Assembly: GCA_044343935.1 (NCBI GenBank)
Contig: JBIJDU010000001.1
Span: forward strand, 29,151-93,150
DNA from: Candidatus Nanopelagicales bacterium
Lineage (GTDB): Bacteria; Actinomycetota; Actinomycetes; S36-B12; UBA5976
DNA length: 64,000 bases
Direction: 5' to 3'
The notes beneath the pieces were generated by a model. The model ran no database searches and had not been told where the DNA came from. It saw only the letters and a program-made list of their open reading frames with translations. Of the stretch, positions 27,196 to 38,824 are shown one piece after another (position 1 is the stretch's first letter; each line of letters begins with the position of its first letter). Position numbers and translations under genes: made by a program.

Positions 27196-28184
27196 CGCTA
27201 ACGCATAACAACAATAAGAAATTAATGTTGTTTGCTGGTAGATCACACCCAGAGTTAGCCCAACGGGTTGCCAATGAGTTGGGAGTGGATTTAGTTCCAA
27301 CTACCGCTTATGACTTTGCCAATGGTGAGATCTTCGTTCGATTTGAAGAATCAGTTCGTGGTGCTGATGCTTTTGTTATGCAAGCGCACACTGAGCCAAT
27401 TAATAAATGGATCATGGAACACCTGATCATGATCGATGCACTTCGTCGCGCGTCTGCCAAGCGAATCAGTGTGATCATGCCGTTTTATGGTTATGCCCGT
27501 CAAGATAAAAAGCATCGTGGCCGCGAGCCAATTACCGCAAAACTAATGGCAGATCTATATCAGACAGCAGGTGCAGATCGCATAATCACAGTTGACCTGC
27601 ATACTTCACAGATTCAAGGCTTCTTTGATGGTCCAGTTGATCATTTGTTTGCATTAAATTTATTGGCATCACACATTCGCTCCAAGGCAGATCCAAAGCA
27701 GATCACCGTAGTATCACCTGATGCTGGTCGAGTTCGAGTTGCGGAGCGCTGGACTGATGTATTGGGAAGTCCGCTAGCAATTATTCATAAACGACGCGAT
27801 CCAAACGTGCCAAATCAAGTAAAGATGTTTGAAGTTGTAGGCGACGTAAAAGATCGAATCTGCGTGGTAGTTGATGACATGATTGACACTGGCGGGACTA
27901 TTGCAACGGCAGCTGAAACGTTAATGGAAAACGGTGCGGCGAGCGTGATGGTGGCCGCAACACATGGCATTTTGAGCCCACCAGCAGCCGAGCGATTGAA
28001 TAAAGCGCCAATTGATGAAGTGATTGTGACTGACACCTTGCCGATCATTGCGGAAAAGCGCTTTAGCAAGCTAACCGTGCTCTCTATCGCACCGTTGCTG
28101 GCCGAGGCAGTTCGTGAGGTGTTCTCTGAAGGTTCAGTGACTAGATTGGTTGAAGATCAGCCAATGCTATTCAAGAATCACTAG
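27192..28184 (+). CDS. prs: ribose-phosphate pyrophosphokinase
   Basis: DLHTSQIQGFF and VVDDMIDTGGT motifs. 4-nt overlap with glmU. Confidence 0.95.
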   Translation: MTLTHNNNKKLMLFAGRSHPELAQRVANELGVDLVPTTAYDFANGEIFVRFEESVRGADAFVMQAHTEPINKWIMEHLIMIDALRRASAKRISVIMPFYGYARQDKKHRGREPITAKLMADLYQTAGADRIITVDLHTSQIQGFFDGPVDHLFALNLLASHIRSKADPKQITVVSPDAGRVRVAERWTDVLGSPLAIIHKRRDPNVPNQVKMFEVVGDVKDRICVVVDDMIDTGGTIATAAETLMENGAASVMVAATHGILSPPAAERLNKAPIDEVIVTDTLPIIAEKRFSKLTVLSIAPLLAEAVREVFSEGSVTRLVEDQPMLFKNH

Positions 28185-28310
28185 CCCAGTTATCTGCCAG
28201 ATTGAAGGTTTCGCTATGGTTACGCCTGCTTCGGCGAGGGTTTAACAGCCGTCATCGACGTGGCGAATCTGTTGCCTGCTGAAGCCAGTATTCGACCACA
28301 AGGAGCAGTC

Positions 28311-28619
28311 ATGGCAGTAGTCAAATTAGCCGCAAACCCACGAAATGAATTTGGCAAAGGCGCATCACGTCGTCTACGCAGCAGCGGCCAAGTGCCCGTT
28401 GTGGTTTACGGTCAGGGTGGCGAAGCTGCCCATTACGCAGTTGATGCACATGATTTGGGATTGGCACTTCGCGACCGTAGCAACATTATTGAATTAGATA
28501 TTGCAGGTAAAGGCGTGGCTTGCGGTGCTCGCGATGTGCAGAAAGATTACATTCGTAATTCAATTAAGCACGTTGACTTAGTACTGCTTACCCCTGCTGA
28601 AGTTGCAGCACGTTCTTAA
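28311..28619 (+). CDS. rplY: 50S ribosomal protein L25, short single-domain form
   Basis: GKGASRRLRSSGQVPVVVYG motif. The start was moved to ATG 28311, which is preceded by AAGGAGCAGTC; the track's GTG start is at 28260. 102 aa, and pth starts 6 nt after the stop. Confidence 0.85.
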   Translation: MAVVKLAANPRNEFGKGASRRLRSSGQVPVVVYGQGGEAAHYAVDAHDLGLALRDRSNIIELDIAGKGVACGARDVQKDYIRNSIKHVDLVLLTPAEVAARS

Positions 28620-28624
28620 CTAAC

Positions 28625-29200
28625 GTGACCGACAACAAAGCTTGGCTAGTTGTTGGGTTAGGTAATCCTGGCGCAACATATGCCAACACTCGGCACAACA
28701 TTGGCGCTAGCGCGGTTATTGAGATTGCTAATTCAAAGAAAGAGAAACTCAGTAAACACAAACGCGTAAATGCGAGTGTCGTTGAAACACGTATTGCTGG
28801 ACATAAAGTGATTTTGGCTAACCCGCAGTCATATATGAATGAGTCAGGCGGACCTGTCTCAGGCTTGATTAAGTATTACGACTTATTAGCAGATCAGGTA
28901 GTTGTGCTGCATGATGAGTTAGATATTCCAGCTTTTGCGCTAAGAGTTAAGTTTGGCGGCGGCGATAATGGGCATAACGGCTTAAAAAGTATTCGCAGTT
29001 CGATCGGAACTGGTGACTTTTTTCGAATTCGAATGGGAATAGGTCGCCCTCCAGCACCACAAGATCCAGCTGACTATGTGCTGCGAAACTTTGGCAGCAG
29101 TGAGAAAGCCGAGTTATCAATTATGTTCGATCGCACCGAAATGCTAATTGAAATGTTGATTCGTGAAGGTTTAGCTACAACGCAGAATGAATTTCATTGA
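28625..29200 (+). CDS. pth: peptidyl-tRNA hydrolase
   Basis: LVVGLGNPGATYANTRHNIG and GHNGLKS motifs. Confidence 0.95.
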   Translation: MTDNKAWLVVGLGNPGATYANTRHNIGASAVIEIANSKKEKLSKHKRVNASVVETRIAGHKVILANPQSYMNESGGPVSGLIKYYDLLADQVVVLHDELDIPAFALRVKFGGGDNGHNGLKSIRSSIGTGDFFRIRMGIGRPPAPQDPADYVLRNFGSSEKAELSIMFDRTEMLIEMLIREGLATTQNEFH

Positions 29201-29984
29201 GGAGAAGAATAAGTTGAGCATGACTGACGCAAAGTTAGCGGCTGAAATTGCGACAAAAGCAGGTGAGTTACTAATCAAACTGCGCGAAGACTTTGTTGGC
29301 GATTTAGATCAACTACGCGATGCCGGTGATGCGCAAGCACAAACTTTGATTGCGAATTTACTGGCAGAGCATCGACCAACTGATTTAATTCTGAGCGAAG
29401 AAGCAGTTGATGATGTCCGCCGCTTAAGCGCGGATCGAGTTTGGATAATTGATCCACTCGATGGCACTTGGGAATATGGAGAAGGTCGTTGGGATTGGGC
29501 GGTTCACATTGCACTATGGCAGCGTGCCGCTGATGACATAACTGATGCAGCCATTTTTCTGCCAGCTACTAATCAATTGTTTACCACAGATCAGCCGCCA
29601 ATTGTGCCGGCTTGGCCAACAAATCCACCAAAAATTGTGGTTAGCCGAACTAGGCCGCCAAAGCAATTAGCGCAGATTCAACTTGAAGTGAGCGAGTTGT
29701 TAGCTAGCCAAGGCCTTTCCGCATCACTTGAGTTACTAGAAGTTGGTTCAGCTGGGGCTAAGACGGCGACACTTTTAACCGGCGATGCTCAGCTATACGT
29801 CCATGATGGTGGGCTAAGTGAATGGGATGCTGCAGCACCATTTGCAATTGCTAAAGCTGCAGGCATTGTTGTTAAGCATTTCGATGGCACCTCACCCAAG
29901 TACAACAAGTCCGATGTGAAGTTAGCAGCAATTTATCTCGCCACTCCAAAAATGGCGGAGATATTCGAGCAAATTGAATTGTGA
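29187..29984 (+). CDS. inositol-monophosphatase-family phosphatase (CysQ-like 3'(2'),5'-bisphosphate nucleotidase candidate)
   Basis: LSEE...WIIDPLDGT metal-binding motifs and WDAAAP. Start is uncertain: ATG 29187, TTG 29214 or ATG 29220. Confidence 0.7.
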   Translation: MNFIEEKNKLSMTDAKLAAEIATKAGELLIKLREDFVGDLDQLRDAGDAQAQTLIANLLAEHRPTDLILSEEAVDDVRRLSADRVWIIDPLDGTWEYGEGRWDWAVHIALWQRAADDITDAAIFLPATNQLFTTDQPPIVPAWPTNPPKIVVSRTRPPKQLAQIQLEVSELLASQGLSASLELLEVGSAGAKTATLLTGDAQLYVHDGGLSEWDAAAPFAIAKAAGIVVKHFDGTSPKYNKSDVKLAAIYLATPKMAEIFEQIEL

Positions 29985-29990
29985 GGCAAC

Positions 29991-32900
29991 GTGTCATTAA
30001 CCGGGTTGCTTGAGTTAAGTCAAAAACTTCCTGGCTTAGCAAAACTCAAGTCAACTGGATTAGTTGATGGTCAAGTAATAACTGCAATTAAATCACTGCA
30101 CCCATTTATTGTTGCAACAAGTGCAATTAAGTCAACCACAGTTGTGGCAGTTACCGCAACTAGTCGCGAGAGTGAAGATTTGGCTGCAGCAGTTTCAGCC
30201 CTAAGTCCCAACCTAGCCGTTCGCGTTTTTCCAGCTTGGGAAACTTTACCGCACGAAAAACTAAGTCCCAGTCGAGAAGTAGTTGGAAAGCGACTAGCAA
30301 TAATTCATGAACTAAAAAACGGTGTTGAGATGAATGTAATCTGCACTCCGCTTCGATCATTACTTCAACCATTCGCGGCAAATCTTGGGCAATTTTCGCC
30401 ACTTGAGATATTACCTGGCGATGAGATATCAATAGATAAGTTGGTTAGAGAATTAGTGCAGTTGGGATATGAGCGCGTAGATTTAGTTGAACGTCGAGGT
30501 CAACTTGCGGTTCGTGGCGGGATCGTAGATGTGTTTTCTCCGCTTGATGATCATCCAATTCGATTGGAATTCTGGGATGAGACAATCGAGCATCTTCGTA
30601 AATTTAATGTAGCGGATCAGCGCGGTATCTCTGGTGAAGTAGATAAGTTAATTGCACCTGCTTGTCGCGAGATACTACTTACAGACGAAGTGAGAGCAAA
30701 AGCTGCTGAGATTGCTGCGGTAAATCCCTTGTTTCAAGAAACTCTTGCCGCTGTTGCGGCTGGCCAACTAATTGATGGGGTGGAATCACTTGCTCCACTA
30801 TTGGTGGGCGAACTGATCACATTGATTGACGTTTTGCCTGGTGAGGCTGCTGTGCTGCTTTTAGAGCCAGAGCGAATTAGAGCGCGAGCGGAAGATTTGA
30901 TTGAAACATCCGCTGAATTCTTGAAAGCGGCATGGTCAGTTGCAGCAACTGGTAGTGATAGTCCGTTCAATTTGGACGCTTCATCATTTCGCTCACTTGG
31001 AGAGATTCATAGCGCAGCAAAGAAGCGGGCTATTAGTTGGAGCTCAGTTTCAGCCTTAACCGTTGATGCTGAGTTGGCTGAAGCTCGGGTATTAGAGATT
31101 CCTGCCCAAGTTATAGCGGGCTATAAATCTGATCTAACAAAACTTGTAACAGAATTAACTGAACTCAATCATGCTGGCGCAGCGACAGTAATAGTTGCAG
31201 CTGGTGCTGGCTCCGCTCAGCGTTACGCCGAATCGCTCAGTGAACATAATTTAGAAATTGCGCCAACCATCACAGTCGGTAAAACCAGCGCAGTGAGCGG
31301 GTTTTTGACTGCTGGATTTATTACCGAACAGTTGGCTGTCGTCACCGAAGCAGAGGTAACTGGTCAACAAAGCGCAACTCGTGACCAAGTTAAATTGCCA
31401 GTCAGGCGCAAGCGTCAAATAGATCCGCTGTCCTTAGTGCCAGGTGACTTTATCGTGCATGAACAGCATGGCATTGGCCAATTTGTTGAGCTAATGGAAC
31501 GGAGCGTGACAGGCGCTACTCGAGAATATTTAGTAGTGGAATACGCGGCAACTAAACGGGGTCACCCAGGTGATCGACTTTTTGTGCCAACTGATCAACT
31601 TGATCAAGTAAGTAAGTATGTTGGCGGTGAAACTCCAGTGCTGAGCAAAATGGGGGGCGCGGATTGGAGCAAAGCTAAAAATCGTGCTCGAAAAGCAGTT
31701 AAGGAAATAGCTGGTGAGTTAATTCGGCTTTACGCCGCTCGCCAAGCCGCACCAGGTTTTCAATTCTCGCCAGATACGCAATGGCAACGTGAATTAGAAG
31801 ACGCATTTCCATATCAAGAGACGCCAGATCAGCTGGCAACCATTGAAGAAGTAAAAGCTGATATGGAGCGCCCAATTCCGATGGATCGTGTAGTTTGCGG
31901 TGATGTTGGTTTTGGCAAAACTGAAATAGCGTTACGTGCTGCTTTTAAAGCTACCCAAGATGGTAAGCAAGTTGCAGTTTTGGCACCGACAACATTGTTA
32001 GTTCAACAGCATTTGCAAACTTTTTCACAGCGATTTGCACCATTTCCCATAAAAGTAGCAGCACTATCTCGATTCCAAAGTGATAAAGAAGCGAAGCAGG
32101 TAATTACTGAATTAGCTAACGGAAAAATAGATGTCGTGATTGGCACGCATCGCTTGCTTGGCGCTGAAGTTGTTTTCAAAGATCTAGGTCTTGTCGTAAT
32201 TGATGAAGAACAGCGCTTTGGGGTGGAGCACAAAGAGCATTTAAAAGCACTGCGAGCACATGTAGATGTGTTGGCAATGTCAGCAACACCGATTCCGCGC
32301 ACCTTGGAAATGTCAATCACTGGCATTAGAGATATGTCAGTAATGCAAACCCCCCCAGAAGAGCGGTTACCTGTTCTTACTTATGTTGGCGGCTATGACG
32401 TAGGTCAAATTGCAGCGGCCATTAAACGTGAATTGATTAGAGATGGCCAAGTTTTTTATGTTCATAATCGGGTTGAGAGCATTGACCGAATTGCCCAGCA
32501 AATTCAGGAATTAGTACCGCAGGCAAGAGTTGCTGTCGCCCATGGCCAAATGAGTGAAGTCGCTTTGGAACAGGCGGTAATTCAATTCTGGCAACAAGAG
32601 ATTGATGTTTTGGTTTGCACCACGATTGTAGAGTCTGGGTTAGATATTCCAAATGCCAACACTTTGATAGTGGATCGAGCAGAGATGTTTGGACTGTCGC
32701 AGTTACATCAGCTTCGAGGTCGCGTTGGTAGAAGTCGTGAACGCGGTTATGCCTATTTCTTCCATAGTGCCGATCGAGCGTTATCTGATGTTGCACACGA
32801 ACGCTTAGTAACTATCGCTCAGCAAAATTCGCTGGGAGCAGGAATGGCAGTTGCACTTAAAGATCTTGAGATTCGAGGTGCGGGTAATTTACTTGGTGGC

Positions 32901-33461
32901 GAACAAAGCGGACATATTGCTGAAGTTGGATTTGATTTGTATGTCCGAATGGTAGGTGAAGCGCTAAATGATTATCGGGGTTTGTCAGTAGATAGCACGC
33001 CAGAGATGCGGCTGGAAATTCCAATTAATGCGCATATTCCACATGACTGGATTAGCGAAGAGCGACTACGTCTTGAAGCATATCGACGTATTAGCCAAGC
33101 AATAGATGAAACACAGTTAGCTGATGTCAACGCTGAGTTGATAGATCGTTATGGACAGTTGCCCAAACCAGTTGCGGCACTGTTTGCGGTGGCTGAGCTG
33201 CGGATCTATGCCAGAAGCGTTGAGCTAACTGAGATAGTGCTGCAAGGCAAAAGCATCAGGTTCGCGCCTGTCACCTTGGCAGACTCGATGCGGGTCCGCC
33301 TAACTAGACTTTACCCAGGTTCGATTATTAAACCGGCAACCAGGAGTCTTTTAATTCCACTGCCTGCTGGGCAGGGTGAATTACTTGGTTGGGTGCGGCA
33401 AGTAATTGAGTCTGCGATCGAATCACCGATCACTACAAGGAGAGTAAATGAAGTTTCGTAA
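29991..33461 (+). CDS. mfd: transcription-repair coupling factor
   Basis: 1156 aa. UvrB-homology N-terminus, CarD-like domain (GDFIVHEQHGIG), and SF2 helicase motifs GFGKTE, DEEQRFG and QLRGRVGR. Confidence 0.95.
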   Translation: MSLTGLLELSQKLPGLAKLKSTGLVDGQVITAIKSLHPFIVATSAIKSTTVVAVTATSRESEDLAAAVSALSPNLAVRVFPAWETLPHEKLSPSREVVGKRLAIIHELKNGVEMNVICTPLRSLLQPFAANLGQFSPLEILPGDEISIDKLVRELVQLGYERVDLVERRGQLAVRGGIVDVFSPLDDHPIRLEFWDETIEHLRKFNVADQRGISGEVDKLIAPACREILLTDEVRAKAAEIAAVNPLFQETLAAVAAGQLIDGVESLAPLLVGELITLIDVLPGEAAVLLLEPERIRARAEDLIETSAEFLKAAWSVAATGSDSPFNLDASSFRSLGEIHSAAKKRAISWSSVSALTVDAELAEARVLEIPAQVIAGYKSDLTKLVTELTELNHAGAATVIVAAGAGSAQRYAESLSEHNLEIAPTITVGKTSAVSGFLTAGFITEQLAVVTEAEVTGQQSATRDQVKLPVRRKRQIDPLSLVPGDFIVHEQHGIGQFVELMERSVTGATREYLVVEYAATKRGHPGDRLFVPTDQLDQVSKYVGGETPVLSKMGGADWSKAKNRARKAVKEIAGELIRLYAARQAAPGFQFSPDTQWQRELEDAFPYQETPDQLATIEEVKADMERPIPMDRVVCGDVGFGKTEIALRAAFKATQDGKQVAVLAPTTLLVQQHLQTFSQRFAPFPIKVAALSRFQSDKEAKQVITELANGKIDVVIGTHRLLGAEVVFKDLGLVVIDEEQRFGVEHKEHLKALRAHVDVLAMSATPIPRTLEMSITGIRDMSVMQTPPEERLPVLTYVGGYDVGQIAAAIKRELIRDGQVFYVHNRVESIDRIAQQIQELVPQARVAVAHGQMSEVALEQAVIQFWQQEIDVLVCTTIVESGLDIPNANTLIVDRAEMFGLSQLHQLRGRVGRSRERGYAYFFHSADRALSDVAHERLVTIAQQNSLGAGMAVALKDLEIRGAGNLLGGEQSGHIAEVGFDLYVRMVGEALNDYRGLSVDSTPEMRLEIPINAHIPHDWISEERLRLEAYRRISQAIDETQLADVNAELIDRYGQLPKPVAALFAVAELRIYARSVELTEIVLQGKSIRFAPVTLADSMRVRLTRLYPGSIIKPATRSLLIPLPAGQGELLGWVRQVIESAIESPITTRRVNEVS

Positions 33462-34038
33462 CTTTTTGATTGTTGGCGTCGTTGCGGCATTACTAACTGG
33501 ATGTGGTGCAACTGATGCTGGCAGCGCAGCTAATGTAGCGGGAACTTCAATTTCTGAAGCAACCTTGGCAGATGCGCTGGTAGAACTATCAAATGAAGTT
33601 ACTGCTGCTGAACTTGGTATCTCAGACGCTGAGCTAACCGCTCAAGTTCTTAATCGATTGGTAATAATTGAATTGGTCCGTAAATTGGGCGTGGAAGCTG
33701 AAGTTGCTGTATCTGAGACTGAAATTATGGCGGAGCGCTCACGAATACTAAATGAATTTGGTTCAGAAGCTGACTTAGTTGAAGCCGCTTTACAGCAAGC
33801 TATTGCGCCATCCTTGATCAATACCGTATTTGAAATTTCACTCTACGCTTCCAAAATTGGTGAAAAGTTGGAGCCAAACGGCACCGAAACGGATCGAACC
33901 AGCGCATTTGAATCATTCCTGTTTTCATATGTTGACTCTGCCGATATTAAAATTTCTCCTCGGTATGGCACCTGGGATAAAGCACAGGCTGCCATCACGC
34001 CTCCGAGCAATCCATTGGTATCAAATCCAGGGGAGTAA
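33448..34038 (+). CDS. lipoprotein, possibly with a SurA-N-terminal-like chaperone domain
   Basis: Lipobox LLTGCGA followed by a helical acidic protein. Overlaps the mfd 3' end by 14 nt. The domain call is weak and from memory. Confidence 0.45.
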   Translation: MKFRNFLIVGVVAALLTGCGATDAGSAANVAGTSISEATLADALVELSNEVTAAELGISDAELTAQVLNRLVIIELVRKLGVEAEVAVSETEIMAERSRILNEFGSEADLVEAALQQAIAPSLINTVFEISLYASKIGEKLEPNGTETDRTSAFESFLFSYVDSADIKISPRYGTWDKAQAAITPPSNPLVSNPGE

Positions 34039-34719
34039 TTGGATATGACCAACTCACTAACTGGGTTAACTGGCGTTGCCAAGTTGGTGGCGGTTATGCA
34101 TCAACTTCGATCACCTGGCGGCTGCCCATGGGATGCGGAGCAAACACACCTTTCATTATTGGAATATTTGCTAGAAGAATCACATGAGTTGATTGAAGCA
34201 ATTACGGCAGGTAATCGCGATGAGATCCGTGAAGAACTAGGTGATGTGCTGCTGCAAGTTGTTTTTCATGCTCAAATTGCACAAGAGCATGAAACTGATC
34301 CGTTCGATTTAGCTGAAATTGCGGAATTAACCGCCACTAAATTGATATCTCGTCATCCACATGTATTTGGCGATGAGACAGCCGAATCCGCACAAGATGT
34401 GGAAGCAATTTGGCATGAAAAAAAGAAAATAGAGAAAGGTCGAGCTTCTTTACTCGATGGCATTCCTAGAACACTGCCAGCGTTGATGCTGGCAACTAAA
34501 ATGTTGAAACGCACAAAGCAATTGGAAATATCAGCTACCCCGGTGCTGCCAACCGATTTTGCAAATTCATTAGATAGCGTTGAGCGAATTGGTCAATTGC
34601 TGTTCGAAGTAGTTCAACTAGCTCGAGTGCAAAAAATTGATCCAGAAGCAGCACTTCGGGCAGCGATTAGAGATTATGAAGCCAAAGTGACTGCGATTGA
34701 AGCTAAAGACCTAATCTAG
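34039..34719 (+). CDS. mazG: MazG nucleoside-triphosphate pyrophosphohydrolase
   Basis: GGCPWDAEQTHLSLLEYLLEESHELIEAI and ELGDVLLQVVFHA motifs. Confidence 0.9.
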   Translation: MDMTNSLTGLTGVAKLVAVMHQLRSPGGCPWDAEQTHLSLLEYLLEESHELIEAITAGNRDEIREELGDVLLQVVFHAQIAQEHETDPFDLAEIAELTATKLISRHPHVFGDETAESAQDVEAIWHEKKKIEKGRASLLDGIPRTLPALMLATKMLKRTKQLEISATPVLPTDFANSLDSVERIGQLLFEVVQLARVQKIDPEAALRAAIRDYEAKVTAIEAKDLI

Positions 34720-35560
34720 TCTTAGCCGCTGCAACGTGTGGGCTGGCAAGTAACTGTGGTGGTAAAAATGAAATTGCGTTTCGCCAAGCTTTAATCGCAA
34801 ATGTGCCTTGATCATCCATCAAGGGCAGCGCTAAAACTGGACCAAAAATCCCACCGCCATACATCTGCCTGCCCCAATTGGGTAACAGCGCAAATGCCGT
34901 TGCGGCAACCGATGCCCATGCTGGCGCGGCCGGTGTTAAAAATCTTGCAACCAGCGGCATTGGTGGAAACGCAATAAATCTGGCAGCATCTTTTGCTTCT
35001 TGCGTCGCTGCTAACTGCGGTTTAAATTCTTCAATTGCCGCTAATAATTCTGCTTCACTTGTTGGTGCATCTGGCGCGCCTAACAATTCGGCTGCGATAA
35101 CTTGTTCTTTCACATAACGATCTGCGGTATCTGGTGCGGTGGCAAGCCCGGAGCGTTGTGCCGCACGCAGCAGTGAATCGACAAACCCCAGATGCACCCA
35201 AAGTAATAAATCAGGTCGATCAACTCCAAGTTTCTGATGCACCATCCGAACTCGCGCTGCAGCTGCTTCGGCCTCTGCAGTTGTGCCAAAAGTGATTACC
35301 GAGATGTATTCCGCTGTTCTGGTTAACCGACCCCAGGGATCAGTTTTGTAACTCGAATGTTTTGCAACGCCTGCCATCGCTTCAGGGTGAAGTGCCTGCA
35401 TTAATAGTGCCCGCACGCCGCCAATACCGGTTGCGGCATCGGCATGAAGTTGCCAAGAGATGCTCGCTGGCCCAAACAAACCCGGATCTGCAGTGATCTG
35501 GTCTGGCTCACCATATACAAATGAATATTTGATGGGGGAAGTTTGGTTGCTCACCGGCAC
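34703..35560 (-). CDS. MpaB/DUF2236-family oxygenase-like protein
   Basis: ISWQLHAD...GGVRALLMQALHPEAMAGV matches my recollection of DUF2236. Its 3' end overlaps mazG by 17 nt (convergent). Confidence 0.7.
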   Translation of the reverse strand: MPVSNQTSPIKYSFVYGEPDQITADPGLFGPASISWQLHADAATGIGGVRALLMQALHPEAMAGVAKHSSYKTDPWGRLTRTAEYISVITFGTTAEAEAAAARVRMVHQKLGVDRPDLLLWVHLGFVDSLLRAAQRSGLATAPDTADRYVKEQVIAAELLGAPDAPTSEAELLAAIEEFKPQLAATQEAKDAARFIAFPPMPLVARFLTPAAPAWASVAATAFALLPNWGRQMYGGGIFGPVLALPLMDDQGTFAIKAWRNAISFLPPQLLASPHVAAAKTRLGL

Positions 35561-35636
35561 AGCGTTCCATCATTACCTCATCTGCGCATCTTCAGTCAGG
35601 ATTTGCCGCCAAGCCAGTACCCTTAGCCGCGATTAA

Positions 35637-36929
<1,293 letters not shown>

Positions 36930-36931
36930 TC

Positions 36932-37402
36932 GTGGCTAAAGATTCGAAACCCAACATTCGTCAGTTGGCACAACTGCCAACTGGTCGTGGTGTTATCTTG
37001 GGAATCACCTTGTTAGTTATTGTGGCCAGCATGGCAGTTCCGGCTCGCACCTTGCTGCAGCAGCGACTTGAAATTGCACAACTAGAGCGCGAAAATGCTC
37101 AGATGCTGGCTGAAGTGGAATCATTGCGAGAACAAGTTGTGAGATGGTCCGATCAGGCATATGTGATTGCTCAAGCACGAGAGCGATTGCATCTAGTTAT
37201 GCCTGGAGAAATTGCATATGTGGTTTTGGATCCGACCGAAGTTGGCGAAAATGCAGTGCGCGCAAAGTTTGTGGCAGCCGAAGCCATTACAACTAACCCT
37301 TGGTACGCCAACTTATGGCAATCGGCAGTGATTGCTGGCTTGGGTGATGCACCTGCCGGCGAGAAATTGCCAACGTCGCTCCCAGTTGAGAGCAACAATT
37401 AA
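36932..37402 (+). CDS. septum formation initiator FtsB/DivIC family
   Basis: Single TM segment followed by a coiled coil (LEIAQLERENAQMLAEVESLREQV). Conserved position after eno. Confidence 0.8.
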   Translation: MAKDSKPNIRQLAQLPTGRGVILGITLLVIVASMAVPARTLLQQRLEIAQLERENAQMLAEVESLREQVVRWSDQAYVIAQARERLHLVMPGEIAYVVLDPTEVGENAVRAKFVAAEAITTNPWYANLWQSAVIAGLGDAPAGEKLPTSLPVESNN

Positions 37403-37404
37403 TT

Positions 37405-37899
37405 GTGACTGTATCTGATGCTGATTTAACGGCAATTGCGACTCAATTAGGCAGAGCTCCTCGTGGCGTAAGAGCGATCGCGTTTCGCTGCCCATGTGGC
37501 AAGCCAGCGGTAATTGAAAATGAACCACGATTGCCAGATGGCGAACCATTTCCAACTTTGTTTTATGCCACCTGCCCTAAGTTAAACGCTGCTATTGGCA
37601 CGCTAGAAGGTAGCGGACTGATGAAAGAGTTAGAAAATAACTTAGCTGAGGATCAGGAGTTGGCTAATCGTTATCAATTAGCTCATCAAGATTATTTGAA
37701 TCGCCGAAATGCAATTGAGGTGCTGCCCGAGAAACTTGAGTTTTCGGCAGGTGGCATGCCTGATCGAGTTAAATGTTTACATGCCCTCATTGCTCATTCG
37801 CTGGCTGCTGGCGATGGCGTAAATCCGATAGGTGAATTAGCGTTAGTTAAGTTATCAAATTGGTGGGAATCGGGAGAGTGCGTTAATGACGGACAATGA
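37405..37899 (+). CDS. DUF501-family protein
   Basis: CPCGKP...FPTLFYATCPKLN pattern and the conserved position between ftsB and ppx. Confidence 0.75.
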   Translation: MTVSDADLTAIATQLGRAPRGVRAIAFRCPCGKPAVIENEPRLPDGEPFPTLFYATCPKLNAAIGTLEGSGLMKELENNLAEDQELANRYQLAHQDYLNRRNAIEVLPEKLEFSAGGMPDRVKCLHALIAHSLAAGDGVNPIGELALVKLSNWWESGECVNDGQ

Positions 37900-38824
37900 A
37901 ATTGTGGCGGCAATTGATTGCGGCACAAATTCGATCCGATTGTTGGTAGCTGAAGTTCAACCAGATGGCTCGCTAAAGGAATTACATCGACAAATTGAGA
38001 TCGTTCGTTTAGGTGAAGGTGTCGATAAGACTGGAGAATTCTCAATTGACGCAATTGAGCGAACCGTTCGGGTAGCAGCGCAGTACTCTGATATTTTGGG
38101 AAAACTAGGGGCAACCAAAGTTAGATTTGGCGCTACCAGCGCAACTAGAGATGCAGCAAATCGACATTTGTTTGTTATTCCAATTGAAGAAATATTTGGA
38201 ATTACGCCAGAAGTTATTTCTGGTACCGAAGAAGCTGCATTATCTTTTATTGGCGCGACAAAATCTTTAATTCAGCGCGGTAAGTTAAATGAACCGCCTT
38301 ATTTAGTGGTTGATATTGGTGGCGGATCAACTGAGTTTGTGCTGGGCGAAAGCGCACCTAGCCAATCCATTTCGGTAGATATTGGTTGCGTTCGAATGGC
38401 TGAGCGTCATTCCTTACAAGAATTGGTTAGTGAGCAGCAACTTTTCGCTGCAACTTCAGATATCAAATCTGCGATTGCAAAAGCGGCAGCAGCGGTTGAC
38501 TTAACAGCCGCAAAATCCATTATTGGTGTTGCCGGCACTGTCACTACAGTTGCAGCAATTGCGCTGGGCCATACCAGTTATGACAGTGAGAAATTACATG
38601 GGGCAGAAATAACGGCAGCACAAATCCATCAAGTAGCAGAGCAGCTAATGCTGATGTCACGGGATGAAAAAGCAGCGCTGCCAGTGATGCACCCTGGCCG
38701 TGTTGATGTGATTGCAGCCGGTGCGTTGGTTTTGGATTTAATCATGGCTGAAGTTGGCTTACCGAAATTAGTTGTAAGCGAGCATGACATTTTAGATGGC
38801 TTAGCGCTGAGTTTGGTGAGTTAG
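37886..38824 (+). CDS. ppx: Ppx/GppA-family exopolyphosphatase
   Basis: AAIDCGTNSIRLLV and VDIGGGSTEF ASKHA-fold phosphate motifs. Confidence 0.85.
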   Translation: MTDNEIVAAIDCGTNSIRLLVAEVQPDGSLKELHRQIEIVRLGEGVDKTGEFSIDAIERTVRVAAQYSDILGKLGATKVRFGATSATRDAANRHLFVIPIEEIFGITPEVISGTEEAALSFIGATKSLIQRGKLNEPPYLVVDIGGGSTEFVLGESAPSQSISVDIGCVRMAERHSLQELVSEQQLFAATSDIKSAIAKAAAAVDLTAAKSIIGVAGTVTTVAAIALGHTSYDSEKLHGAEITAAQIHQVAEQLMLMSRDEKAALPVMHPGRVDVIAAGALVLDLIMAEVGLPKLVVSEHDILDGLALSLVS

